From the NCBI RefSeq assembly GCF_018350175.1, contig NC_058368.1, positions 44,642,001 through 44,706,000 of the forward strand: a stretch of DNA of 64,000 nucleotides. The letters are read 5' to 3'. The position numbers and the translations under genes are program-made. The DNA is from Felis catus (taxonomy: Eukaryota). The notes beneath the pieces are model-generated. The model did no database searches. It was not told where the DNA came from and saw only the letters and a list, made by a program, of their open reading frames with translations. Below are positions 51,381 to 64,000 of this stretch, one piece after another. Every line of letters starts with the position of its first letter. Position 1 is the first letter of the stretch.

Positions 51381-52814
51381 TAATGGCAACTTTTTATACA
51401 TTAATTTTGTTATAGTTTGCAGGTAGAAATGTAATTAATTTAATATATTGACTGAGTATATAGCAAACTTATTAACCCACTTTTTAAATCAAATAATTTC
51501 TAATTAGACTGTGGTTAGATTATCATTAGATATTTATCATGTAACCTTGAATAATGGCAGTTTTATTCATTCCTTTCTAATGATTAATTTTCTTTCCATT
51601 ATTGCTTTATTACTGGATACTCTAATAAAATGTTGAAAAAAGTGGTATTAACATTCATTTTTTCCCTAATGAAAATCACAAAACAACATATTTCAATATT
51701 TGACTACTTTTTATTAATTTCTCTTCCAAGTTTGGTGAGAGTTTTTATTGTGGTAGGTATTGAATTTTATCATTTTTGCGTTTATTTATGACTTATTGAT
51801 TTACATTGATTAGTTGTTCAATGCTAAACCAAACTTGTATTTCTGGAATAAATGCAAATTGGTTGAGATATGTTATCATTTTTATTCACATTTAGGTTTG
51901 ATTTGTTAACATTTCTTTTGGATGTTTGCATCTATGCTCATGAGTTTAACCATCTTTTTTTTATTTGTTTCTCTTGCTTTTTTATTTCCTACATAGTGTA
52001 TAAAAGATTTTACTTTTCTATAAATTTGCTCATTTCAACTAAAATTTCAAATAATGGCATAAATATTCAAATAGTCTCTTTTTAGAGTCTCATAGTAGTG
52101 ACTCATTCATTTCTTTTATTTTCAAATTTTACTTATTCATTTTGAGGTGGGGGGAAAGGTGCAGAGAGAAAGGGAGAGAGAATCCCAAGGGGGCTCCATG
52201 GAGCCCAATACGGGGCTTGATTTCATGAACTTGAGATCATGAGCTGAGCCAAAACCATGACCTAGGGACCCAGAGGTCCCTACTCATTTCTGATATAGGT
52301 AATTTTTTTCTCCTTTTCCTTCACAATCTAGCAACTAGCTTTTAAATTTTATTGCAAATATTTTAAGAGAAATAACCTAGGTTTCTTTTTAATCCTCTCA
52401 ATTTCATGTTTGCTTTATATTTTGTTAATATATTTCAATCACTATTTCACTTCTGTTTTGGTAGTTGTTTTAGTCCAATTTTTATAACTTGAGATTGAAG
52501 GTTAAATCTTTGCTTTTCAGCTCTTTTAACTTGCTAAGTACATGCACTTAAGTCAATAAATTTCTTTTCAAGAATTTCTTTGGAAATTCTAGAACTTAGT
52601 ACCCCATGTTACATGTCACAGGAGTAGATTTGTCTCTTGGCAATTTATGATGCATGTGGTATTCTCTTTATGTGAACTTTTTCAGTAATTCAAATAGTCT
52701 TGCCTAAATTGCATGGTTCCTTAAATGATTTTATTGTGTGGTATAAACAGAGTTTAATGATGTACATTTCTAATAAGATTTTGAGGAGAGCTTGGGAAAA
52801 TTGGGAGGCCCCTC

Positions 52815-53018
52815 TTTTTTTTTTTTTAAGTTTATTTAGTTTTGAGAGAGACAGAGAGAATGTGAGCAAGGGTGGGGCAGAGAGAGGGAGAATGTTAAGC
52901 AGGCCCTGCACTGTCAGCCCAGAGCTGGGCATGGGTTTTGAACTCACAATCGTGAGATCATGACCTGAGTCGAAATCAAGAATCGGATGCTCAACTGACT
53001 AAGCTACCCAGGTGCCCC
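52815..53018 (-). mobile_element. CAN-SINE
   Basis: Full body ending ccaggtgcccc. Confidence 0.85.
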
Positions 53019-54216
53019 AAGACCTCTTTTAATGATAGTGTGAATTTGTATTTTTTATAGAAATACCAAGTCTAGCGTGAAGCATTTGGAAAAATCTGTA
53101 GTGAAAGGAATATAATTTTTAAAAAGGAATTTCTTTAGCTACATCCCACAACATTTGATATATATTTTCATTATCATTAAGTTCAAATTATTTTCCAGTT
53201 TGAGTCACATATCATTTCAAAGTATCTCCTAACTTCAAACAGTTGAACATGGGGCACCTGGCTGGCTTGGTCTATAGAGTATGCAACTCTTGATCTTGGG
53301 GTGGTGGGTTCAAGCCCCTCAGTAAGCACTGAACTTACTCAAAAACAAAAACAAAAAAACAAACAGCTGATTAATTCCCTAGTTTAATTTAGTTTAATTC
53401 CCTGTTGATCAGAGAACATGCCCTATGAGATTTCAAACTTTTGAAATTTGTTGAGGTTTACTTTATGACCCAGAACACAGTAAATTTTGATAACTATTTC
53501 ATGTGTAACTAAAAATATGACCTATAAAGGTAATCACGATAGCACCAAAATTATTTAGATTTTTTTCAAAATGTTGTATGTAATAAACTAGAATATGGAG
53601 GGAAAACTATTTCTACTTCAAAACTTATCTACCCTGAAACAATTTAATTCTAGGAATTCTCATATAAAATAGTTGGTTTAATACAACATACATATAAGGA
53701 AATCAATCATTTTCCTAATAACTTGCTGCCTGCACTCAGGTTTTACACCACCACAGATTTTCATGCCTTGTCTACTTCCATGGGCCTAGACACAGAGGCC
53801 CTAGAAATTAATTCTTTATTGTGATTTATAAACCCTTGTGGCTCTTGGTGCTCCTGTTTCTACCTACCAAGGAGCCCACAACGGCAGTGCCTCCAGACAA
53901 AGGCTGGTGACTACAGTCCACATCTACAGGACTGGCTCCCCTAAAGGCAGAGAAAGGAGTCAGACTACATGACCTCAGTAACTTCCCCCAAAGAAATGAA
54001 TAGAAAGACATGAGAATTTTATGTTATTTGCCAAGTGACTTACTAAACAAAGAGTTAACTGGTAACAAGTAAAGCTATAAAATGAGGGTAAAATATATTA
54101 TATATTATTATATATTATATATTATGTATTATATATACATATATATGACTTCATATAATTACATATAAAAATGTGATTTCAATATGGGAAATTACTTTTA
54201 ACATACAAGCATATTT

Positions 54217-54724
54217 GTGCTGGTTGTCACTTTGCTGGTGCCTAAAGAACCATACTCTTAGTGTCATACATTTGAGTATTCCACTCCTTCCTTGCTGTGA
54301 CCAGCATTGGCCAGTGTGACTTTAATAGGTGTGATGCATGTAGAGGCCTGATGATTCATTGTATTGGATGTCTGCCCTCTCTGAGCCCGTTCTCTTGGAT
54401 TCCCGTGTCTTGGAACCCCCGCTACCATATGGTAGAATATCCAGCTAAAGGAGAACCACAGTGCTCTGGCTAAAGCATCAACTGAGATACCAGGTGAGAG
54501 GCAGCCCTAACTTCCAGCTCGGCCAGAGAATGATTGCAAATATTAAAGCCTTGTTGAGCCCCACACGATTGTAGCATCAGCCAATATCATGCAGAGTAGA
54601 AGAGTAGCCCAACTGAACCCAGTCAACACATAATCATGAAAGATTTTAATCATAAAAGAAACAATTATAAAAGTATTTTAAGTCACTAAGATTGTAGAAT
54701 TATTTGCTAGAAATAACTAAAACA
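54217..54724 (+). mobile_element. MaLR LTR (MLT1G/H-like)
   Basis: gcccaactgaacccagtcaac...ttttaagtcactaag...ataactaaaaca. Confidence 0.65.
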
Positions 54725-55291
54725 ATAGCAAACAATTTCATGAAGAAGTATATATCTACCTTAAAAATATAAAGTATCTTCATTTAAATAAAATATTAAA
54801 AATATTTGTAAATTTGTATTAACCATATGACATACATATAGTTAGTAACATCTATACCTAATATTTATAAAAATAAACAAAATAACTATTTTGAGTATTG
54901 GTCTAAACCAGTGTCAAAAAAAACCAACCATAATGTTGGTAGAATTTAAGATCAGAAGCCACAGTCCATCAGACAATGTACATTAATCCATCCATTGATT
55001 TATTCAGACAGGATATTTAAGCATTCATTATATGCTCTACTCCTGACATATAGAACCTAAATGTACAATTGGAGAAAGGAACAAAGAAATAGACTGGCTT
55101 TTTTCTTTAATTTAACCTTTGCTAGTAAATATGTCTCAATATATTGAAAAAGAATCAAATATAGACATCAATTTACATAAATGAATTTTAATGAGTTACT
55201 GACAAAATTGCTTTCTTTTATGATTTTTTCCTCATGATTTTCTATCACAACAACAAACACTACTTCTAAATTAAAAAAATGAAAACTTCAT

Positions 55292-55540
55292 GGGGCGCTT
55301 GGGTAGCTGAGTCAGTTAAGCATCTGACCCTTGGTTTTTGCTCAGGTCATGATCTCACAGTTCATGGGATTGAGCCTGGTGTCAGTCTCTGTGCTGACAG
55401 TGCAGAGCCTGGTTGGGATTCTCTTTATCCTTGACGCTGCCCTTCCCCCACATGTTCTTTCTCTTTCTCTCTCTCTCTCTCCCCCCCCCAAGATAAACTA
55501 ACTAACTAACTAACTAACTAAATAAATAAATAAATAAAAA
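55292..55540 (+). mobile_element. CAN-SINE
   Basis: Head ggggcgcttgggtagctgag; (AACT)n(AAAT)n tail. Confidence 0.85.
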
Positions 55541-56323
55541 CATCAGAGTGTTTTAAATATCAGGCTGCAACTATCCAAGACAGGATTTCTTAGTTCAAAT
55601 CCAGTCTCAATTTACAAATTATTCTCTGATAAGTATAAATTCCTCAACACAGGATCTTCCACACATTCTCTAAGGACACATTCCCTGTTTTTATTTCATT
55701 GCAACAGTCTAACTTAGGGTCACATGTGACATAAGATGGTTTTGAGTTGAGTATCCATTTCAACAACAAGACAGAGGGAGAAAAGTCAGCACAATGTTAG
55801 GGAAAAAATGATTCCCAATATTGTTTGCGTGTTTCCAACTCTCATATTGATTATGTGCTTAATCTTTAAGATAGGCGTTTAAAAAGTAGTTATTGATATT
55901 CTCCCAATCATCCTTGTTACTTCTCTTAAATATATAATGGGAACAGAAACATTGGGAAAGAAGATGGGGTAACTAGATTTCTTCTCCCCTTTTCAACATT
56001 CCCTGTGTATTTATAAAAAAAATGTTTAAAAAAGTTAATTTTATTTAAATTTAATTTAACTGCCTATGAAGGCACATGAAAAATCCTATCTTGACCTAGA
56101 TCATATTTATTACACCCTCTTTTTAAGCTTGAGGAGAAGAGAAGTGAATTGATGACAGAACAAGGGGAAGCAAGGATAAGCCACACAGCTCTTTGACTCC
56201 TTAGATGTAGTTTCCTCAGAGGGGCTTCAAAAATTATTTAAATTATTGTCAATCAATAGAACATGGAGCATACTCAGGAGATCTGAATGTTGGTTAAAAT
56301 TCACTTTTAAAAATAAATACCTT

Positions 56324-56572
56324 GGGGCACCTAGGTAGCTCAGTTAGTTAAGTGAAAGACTCTTGATTTCAGTTCAGGTCATGATCTCATGGTCATTAGA
56401 TTGAGCCCCACATCAGGCTCTGGGCTGGGCCTGGAGCCTGCTTGGGATTCTCTCTCTACCTTTCCCTCTGCCCCTTTCCCACTTGAGCTGGGTGGAGTTC
56501 ACTTGCACTAGTTATCTCAAAATGAATGAATGAATGAATGAATACATGCATACATACATACATACATACATA
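56324..56572 (+). mobile_element. CAN-SINE
   Basis: Head ggggcacctaggtagctcag; (AATG)n(CATA)n tail. Confidence 0.85.
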
Positions 56573-57699
56573 CCTTTTAACAGTTCAGAACTAAGGAGCA
56601 ATTGATTATATAATCACTTAATCTACTAATATAACAGAAAAGTCTTATTAGCAGTGTAAGTCCAGGTTGTGTATTAAATAGCTTCTCTCAACATGAAAAT
56701 GGATTTGGTAGCTTGACACCAGGGTTGATATCCTTCCATCTGTTTGGACATGAGGTTTCATCTATTCATGGACACCTACCTTTCCCCATAATTGTTCTTT
56801 TCCTTCCTTTAAAGCATGTAGATGGAGTATCATGATGCTAGCGTTCCAGGTAGTACATCCAAGGACAACAGATTATTTTGTTATTCCCTGTCCTTAGCTG
56901 ACCAATTCAAAGATAACACTCGCCTCATAAGCCATTGATCTAATCACATATCACATATCTACAAATATCTACTCACATATCAAAATTAGTTTAGCTGTGC
57001 TGCTAGCTAATAGTTGTTACATCCACTTGTAAAGCAGGGCCCCCACGTATCTAGGCTATCAGAATTTACATCTTTTGCATATATGTCTACAAGAAATTTG
57101 AACATAATTTTTTATCAAAGAAATAGCAAAGATTATGTGTGCACAATAATAGAAAAACAACATTAACAGCACACTGGTTAGTCTTTTTATGCTACACTCA
57201 TTTGGCTAATGTTAACAGTAAGATCTTAGGAAGAAGAAGAAAATCTCTTGCTAAGTAGTTCAAAACCCCAATCAAACATTTTAACTTTAAACAGTTCAGG
57301 TAGAAATTGAGAAAATTTAGAATCTTACATATGTCAAAGTATGAGTTAGTATATTAATATGCTAGATGGCCTAGGATAAGTGCTTATGATTCAAATAAAA
57401 AGTCTCTCCTTGATCATCTGTTTTCATTGTTTAGAACTGCTACAATTCTTGGATTATGTCCAAACCAAAAAGTTGAAATAAGAAGAGAAATGAAAGAATA
57501 CAAAATTCTATTCTTACCTTATATATTATTGGGTATAACATTAAAAATGTGAAATTAATAATGTATTTATCCCTATATGTCTGACAGCAAATCTTAACTT
57601 TCATTATTTCATTCTTTATCAAAGATCTAAAGATGATAAAAATATTGAGCCATATCTGGACAGAAATAAATTAGGTATTCTTATTTTAGGTGACTTTTT

Positions 57700-57929
57700 C
57701 TTTTCTTTTTTAAAAATTTTTTTTTACATTTATTTATTTTTGAGAGACAGAGAAAGACAGAGCACAAGCGGGGGAGGGGCAGAGAGAGAATGAGACACAG
57801 AATCCGAAGCAGGCTCCAGGGCTCTGAGCTGTCAGTGCAGAGCCCGATGTGGAGCTTGAACTCACAGACCACGAGATCATGACCTGAGCTGAAGTCGGAC
57901 GCTCAACCGACTGAGCCACCCAGGCCCCC
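57700..57929 (-). mobile_element. CAN-SINE
   Basis: TSD ttaggtgactttttct. Confidence 0.9.
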
Positions 57930-58537
57930 TTAGGTGACTTTTTCTGATATGACTAGACTAGAATTTGGTAAATTTTGAACAGACGTTTTATATTTATTGT
58001 AAGTGATGTATAAAAATTTATTAGATGCTTATTTGTTAATAGTGTTTGGATTAGATATAGATATAACTTTCAATAAATATATGAAAAGTTGCTTAATATT
58101 TTAGTCCCTATCAAAAATTTTGTCAATATAACAAATGCCTAAAATATATGGATGTAAATCATTGATACTCAGTCTATAATGGTGGAAATGGGCATTCATA
58201 TGTAAATAGAAAAATAAACAAAAATTTATGTCTTTCCATCAGTCCACCCACACATCCATGCATCTTTCCATTCTTCCATCCATACATCCGTGCATCCCTA
58301 TCTTTCTATTAATCTATATACCTTCCTATTTACAGTATATCTCCAGATGTTTTCCTTTGTGAGAAATTTGAGGCCTGTTTTTCTTAGCATCTACCTGATT
58401 CACTATAGGCTTGGTGAGGAATCACTTTGTACCAAGAATTGTACCAAGGGGAGGATTATAGGGGTGAACAGGCTAATCTTGATCATCACCAGCACATGGA
58501 TCTAGCTATGTTAAAAAATTGATTTAAAATTCTTTTT

Positions 58538-58720
58538 AGAGTGGGAGAGAGCCAAAGCATAAGAGACTGTTAAAAACTGAGAACAAACTGAGGGTTGATG
58601 GGGGGTGGGAGGGAGGTGAGGGTGGGTGATGGGTATTGAGGAGGGCACCTTTTGGGATGAGCACTGGGTGTTGTATGGAAACCAATTTGTCAATAAATGT
58701 CATATAAAAAATAAAATAAA
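58538..58720 (+). mobile_element. Short, young-looking felid-type L1 3' end with TSD
   Basis: gagggcaccttttgggatgagcactgggtgttgtatggaaaccaatttg, A tail; taaaattcttttt on both sides. Confidence 0.85.
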
Positions 58721-60464
58721 ATTCTTTTTCATCATATTATCGATAGTGGGTACACAAGAAAACTCCCTTGTGCTTTCAGGTCAAATTTGAATTATGAAAA
58801 AATCTCTCTGGCTACTACTATATGGAGAAAAAATTGGAAGAAGGCAGAGTGAACATTACAAAGGCAGATTTAAGAGGCTCTTATCTTGATCTCTCTCTCT
58901 TGCAGGCCTTATGGCTGGGATGCAGATTTGAGGGTGAAGGTGGCCCCGATCTATTAGCCAGCAGAACCAATGTCTTTGAGCATATTTTTTGATTCATTTC
59001 CTGGTTTCCTGTTTTATTTGTGATCTTGAAGTTCTAATTACTTATTTGTCTCTTTTTTCAAGTAAGTTTCAAGCTCTATTTAGTCCAGTGAAAATACATG
59101 CAAAACAATATTTGTTGAATAAAAAAATAGATTCATGTGCTTTGTCTTATGGATTGCACCTTCTGGGCAATTCTGCTAGAACTCACTACATCTTTTGGAC
59201 ATCAATTTTGTCCACTAGGATGCTCTTACCAGAGTGAGAGTTGGCTGTGAAATTGGTTTTCACTGTTCCATGAACTATTCTAAACTGTCTGTTCTTGTTG
59301 AGTCCTTGCCTTCTTTCTTGCTCTGATTTGAGATGCCATTGTTCTTTGTGTTTAAGACAGCCTGACTCTTTGCAACTTTTGATGTCTTATATAACTACTT
59401 TAACACCACTATTATGTAATACCTTTATGTTTCCATAAGAAATCCTTGTCATATAGTAAAATTTGTTCTATCCGTCAATCTATAATACATAACATTGTAC
59501 ACTACTACTTGTTATTCCTAATGGTTTGTTTTCCTAAAATTATATACTAAAAAACAGTCTTTACATTATATGTGTAAAATAATCCTACAGAGTAATATTA
59601 TGTATCTTGATTTATTGATGATTTACATGTGAAATCATCACTATAGAATATATGTGATAGAAATTACAAAAATGCTATTAATCTGACACATAATATGAGC
59701 TGGGATAAGAATCATGATAATGCTGTGTGCTTCTGCATTACTTAAACTGCTCATACCCATTGTACTCCTCTAACTTAAAATAGCTACACTTATTTAAGTT
59801 TAATTTTGCATCATAAATATATTTGTAGACTGGATTATTTATGCCTCTATTCACAACATTTCAATACATTACACAGTGAAGTTAGAAGAGAATAATGAAA
59901 TATCATTTCATTAGTAACATTTATGTAAGATATATAGTAAAAATAGGAGCCACATCATGTTAATCTTTTTTTTTTTTCTTTTTGCTATTTTTCCCAAGAA
60001 TTTAGCAGAGAAAAATGTGAATGAGCTGTCAGTCTATTAGGAGTATGTTTTAAATAAATGACTATGTTTGTGTATATAAAGGTGTACATTTATTTATTTG
60101 TCCTTTCACCACTGTCCTCACTGTAACACCTGTTGTTCCTAATTTCATTGGAGATTGGAGAATGGTGAAGTGAAACTGAGTTGAGCTTATTGCTTTCCTC
60201 TATGTGTAGATAGCCATAAATCTACAGTCCATTTCACACACTAGAAATGTCATTAAACATGTTTCTACATTTTATTCAAGAAGTGGCTTAAGTTTGAGCA
60301 CAGTCAGTTTACTAAAAACTATCTCTTGCAATGGCCTTATTCTCAACAAAAATCATCACATATCTTTAGACAAATACATCATAAAAAGAGAGCATCTTTC
60401 TGCCACTGACTATACCACCTGCAAGCATGAGTATAATGGATGTGATTTCTAAATACCAAGAGGA

Positions 60465-60822
60465 CAATTGTTATTGCCATCAGTGCAATCTACCAATTAT
60501 CTCTTGTTCTTCTACCAGGTGGAAGTTCTTCCACCCTCATTAATTTTTCTGTGGCCATGTGACTGGTTTGTCAAAGTATGGAGAAAAGAGAATTATATTA
60601 CTGGCATGTGGACTCTAAGAGCCAGTGAACAGTGTACATGTTTCCCTTCTAACACTAGCAGTGCTTATACTTAGCTTATCTGCTATTCTGAGTAGCAGAG
60701 CAATGATATCATGGATCTGTCAGGGACATGCAGCACTAGTAAGAAAAAAAATACAGTATTAAGTCACTGAGAGTTTCAAAGTTATTCATTACAGAATTAC
60801 TTGTCCTATCTCAGTTGATATA
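60465..60822 (+). mobile_element. Old MaLR LTR (MLT1I-like)
   Basis: gtggccatgtgactggtttg...ctctaagagccagtg...taagtcactgaga. Confidence 0.55.
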
Positions 60823-61025
60823 ACAGTTGACTTCAGTATTCCCAATTCTGATATATCAGCATGTATTCTTATATAATAAGAAATATCATCTTAGGTTTCA
60901 CTAAGTCTCTATCACTGTACACAGTATAATAGTCCCAAGTGATATACAGCCCTTAAAGAGAACTTAGATATAAACAGGCCAGAAAGTGTTTGGATTGTTG
61001 GACCCAAGCCTGAAGACAGGGTTCC

Positions 61026-61143
61026 TTTCTAATCCAGACCTTTGTGCACTTGACCATTTTTAGGGAGAATTAAAAGAGAACCTATATTTCTACTCCAGAA
61101 CTGTGTGCACTTGGCCATTTTTAGGAATAATTAAAAGAGGACC
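61026..61143. repeat. Diverged tandem duplication, 2 x ~61 bp
   Basis: tttcta(a/c)tccaga...tgtgcacttg(a/g)ccatttttagg...aattaaaagag(a/g)acc occurs twice. Confidence 0.85.
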
Positions 61144-61486
61144 AGGATTACAGAAGATAGAGTTCTAATAAGTCTGTCTTCCATTAATAAAGGTATGACA
61201 CAAAAGAAAGTCCATAATGCACCTTTGAGAGTTGGAAGGGAGTAGTAGAATGATATAGGATGAACAATTAAATACCTAACTTTTAAAAAAGAATTAACAA
61301 ATATTCATAGATTTAGTAGATTACTTAAAACTGTTTTAAAGGATCTTTTAAAATATTACCTTAAATTATTGTGGAAAAAATTACAGGGCTTTAAATAAAA
61401 GTTGAAGAAAGAAAGGAAAGAAGTGAGGAAAGAGGAAAGGAGGGAGATAGGAAGGAAAAAAATAAAACAAGAAAGAATGAAAGTAA

Positions 61487-62781
61487 GTCCAAAAACAAAC
61501 CCACAATTATATGGTCAAATAAACTTCAACAAAAGAAGCAAGAATATACATGGTGAAATGGAAAGTCTATTCAACAAATGGTGTTGAGAAAATTGGACAT
61601 GCAAAAAAAAAAAAAATGAACTGGACCACCTTCTGACACCATACACAAAAATAAATTGAAAATAGTTTAAAGATCTAAATGTAAGACAGGAAACCATAAA
61701 AATCCTAGAAGAGATCACAGGCAGTAACCTCTTTGACACTGGCCCTAGCAACTAATTTCTAGTTTCTTCTGCGGCAAGGGAAACAAAAGCAAAAATAAAA
61801 GCAAAAACTGGGACTTCATCAAACAAAACAAAACAAAGCAAACAACAACAACAACAGCATCCTCACAGTGAAGGAAACAATCAACAAAACTAAAAGGCAA
61901 CCTATGGAAAGGGAGAAGATATTTGCAAATGACATATCTGATAAAGGATTAGTATCCAAAATATCTACAGAACTTATAAAACTCAACACTAAAAAAAATC
62001 CAATTAAAAATGGGCAGAGGACATGACACTTTTTCAAAGAAGACCTACAGATGGCCAATAGACATGAAAATATGCTCAATATCACTCATCCTCAGGGAAA
62101 TGCAAATCAAAACCACAATGAGATATTACCTCACACCTGCCAGCCTGGCTAAAATCAAACACAAGAAACAAGTGTCAGTGAGGATGTGGAGAAAAATAGA
62201 ACTACTGTATGATCCAGTAATCACACTAGTGGGTATTTACCCAAAGAATACAAAAATACTAAATCGGAAGGATATATGCATACCTATGTTACTGCAGCAT
62301 TATTTACCACAGCCAAATTATGGAAGCAGCCCAGGTGTCCATCAATGGATGAAAGAATAAATAAGATATGGTACACATACACAATGGAATATTATTCATC
62401 CATAAAAAGAATGAAATGTTACCATTTGCAGCAACATGGATGGGGCTATAGAGTATAATGCCAAGCTAAATAAGCCAGTTAGAGAAGGACAAATGCCATA
62501 TGATTTCACTCACGTGTGGAATTCAAGGAAAAAAAAAAGGAAAAATTAAAACAAGAATCAAACAAAACAAAACAAAGCAAAACAGACTCTTAACTATAGA
62601 GAACAAATAGATGGTTACCAGAGTGGAGGTGGGTGGGAGATGGGTGAAATAGGTGATGGGGATTAAAAGTACACTTATCTCAATGAGCACTCAGTAATAT
62701 ATAGAATCGTTGAGTTACTATATTGCACACCTGTAACTAATAGAACACTATAAGTTAACTATGCTGGAATTAAAAAAAAAT
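61487..62781 (+). mobile_element. 5'-truncated carnivore L1, antisense to KLHL1, ending ~180 bp from the exon donor
   Basis: gtctattcaacaaatggtgttg, aggcaacctatggaaagggagaagatatttgcaaatgac, 3' UTR and A tail; internal deletion near 62196 relative to the 32414 copy. Confidence 0.9.
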
Positions 62782-62958
62782 AATGAAATTGTGTATACGT
62801 GTGTATGGGGGGAGGGTTGGATAAAGAGACAAACAGAAAGAGATTTAGAAAGTAGAATTTACCCTTCCTTAAATTATGCAGTTTTTACAATCACTTAAAT
62901 TAGGCATCACTGTAATTCACATTATTTCTCTCACTGTAACTGTGACCTTAGATCTTAC

Positions 62959-63171
62959 CTTTCTACATAATCTAGTAACCTGGAACAGTGATTTGAAGCA
63001 GGAGCGTCATGACCTCCTACTGCATAGAGAAAACCATCACACGTGGCCACTCCAACACCTCCTCTCCTCTTACACATTGGAGCACACATGTTCCACTTAT
63101 TTGTATGAGGATCATAGTATTCCATTGAACTCAAACAGGAACTTCCATCACGACCTCCAACTGAATATAAC
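62959..63171 (-). CDS. KLHL1: KLHL1 coding exon (third from last; exon 9 in human numbering), kelch repeats
   Basis: Translates [70 protein letters not shown](R). Acceptor tgtttttag|G at 63172-63173 and donor AG|gtaag at 62957-62958; 213 nt. Matches the KLHL1 C-terminus as I recall it. Confidence 0.96.
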
Positions 63172-63282
63172 CTAAAAACACAATCAAAAAAACAAGATTT
63201 AATCTTATGGTCTGAATGACAAAATATGAAAAAGGAGAAGATCTTTAAAAATATATTTTCTATCACCATATGAGTCCCAAAT

Positions 63283-63465
63283 GTTTTTTTTTAATGTTTA
63301 CTTATTTTTGCTCACATGCATGCAAGAGAGAGGCAGACAGAGGATCTGAAGCGGGCTCTGTGCTGACAGCAGAGAGCCCAATGTGGGACTCGAACAGTGA
63401 ACCAGGAAATCATGACCTGAGCCAAAGTCAGACGTTTAACCAACTGAGCCACCCAGGCTCAGCCA
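63283..63465 (-). mobile_element. CAN-SINE ~110 bp upstream of the KLHL1 exon acceptor
   Basis: SINE body; flanking caaatgt repeat. Confidence 0.8.
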
Positions 63466-64000
63466 CCCTCAAATGTGTTTTAATAAGATTAGATGTTATG
63501 GAATTTTTGCTTTAGTCAGGGGACATTATAATTAATATAATGGGAAATAGAAACTGAAAAATACAGTATTAAGTTTAAGTAAATATGCAGGAAGACACTA
63601 TTGTCTAGTATATAAAATCATTCAGGTCTTGGATTTGCAAATGCATGCTCTAATATTCTTTAGTAACTCTAGAAAATGATGTTTAAACTGATTTCATATC
63701 CTAGATACATATTTTTTAAAAAGCTGTTTTATGTTTCTCTTAATGTTGAGCATGATAAAATGTAACTGACTGCCCAAGTGTGCCCTTTATGGCTGTAGGC
63801 CTCTTTGCTTGATTACTCATGGTTGTCTGCTAGGTCTCAGTCTTCAGTGTGTTGAAATTAACCAACAGGAACATTTTAAAGGACAAGTGTTGGACAATTT
63901 AACTCGCAGAAACACCCAGAAGCGAAATATTCACTAAGAAGTTTTTCTCATTCTAAATACTTTATGAAATCTGAACTTCATTTATTTCTATGAACATCTA

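Larger units (their letters stand above)
49550..53515 (-). mobile_element. Ancient degraded L1M (ORF2 region) with several SINE insertions
   Basis: T-rich strand with L1 ORF2 reverse-complement motifs (ttgcaaatattttcccactct; tttctggaataaat; ttgaaatttgttgaggttt). Confidence 0.7.

Noticed and set aside
62955..63269. Kelch exons assigned to KLHL4 or KLHL5
   Set aside because: Residues such as [17 protein letters not shown] and the terminal VVVIKQP fit KLHL1 as I recall it; a BLAST search would confirm.

Overview
AT-rich, repeat-dense mammalian genomic DNA. Abundant tRNA-derived CAN-SINEs of the SINEC_Fc type point to a carnivore, most likely a felid. The right half holds the 3' end of KLHL1 on the minus strand: three coding exons (62959-63171, 45039-45210, 38844-38903) that splice in frame through GT-AG junctions, plus a ~1.1 kb 3' UTR. 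The left half is intergenic. Its most striking structure spans 7.8-15.9 kb. An L1 with an intact 5' end is cut off inside ORF2 and fused directly to a ~390 bp inverted copy of the 5' end and flank of a decayed, intronless SPICE1 processed pseudogene lying ~4.2 kb away on the minus strand. The two arms show no substitutions over ~345 bp but differ by four small indels, suggesting arm-to-arm gene conversion, an invertible segment and a possible hairpin/antisense RNA source. Also present: a miniature L1 3' transduction, an old local duplication with a conserved 51-bp core, many solo LTRs, DNA transposon relics and more than 30 SINEs. Gene and repeat family names come from recognition of the sequence, not from database searches.
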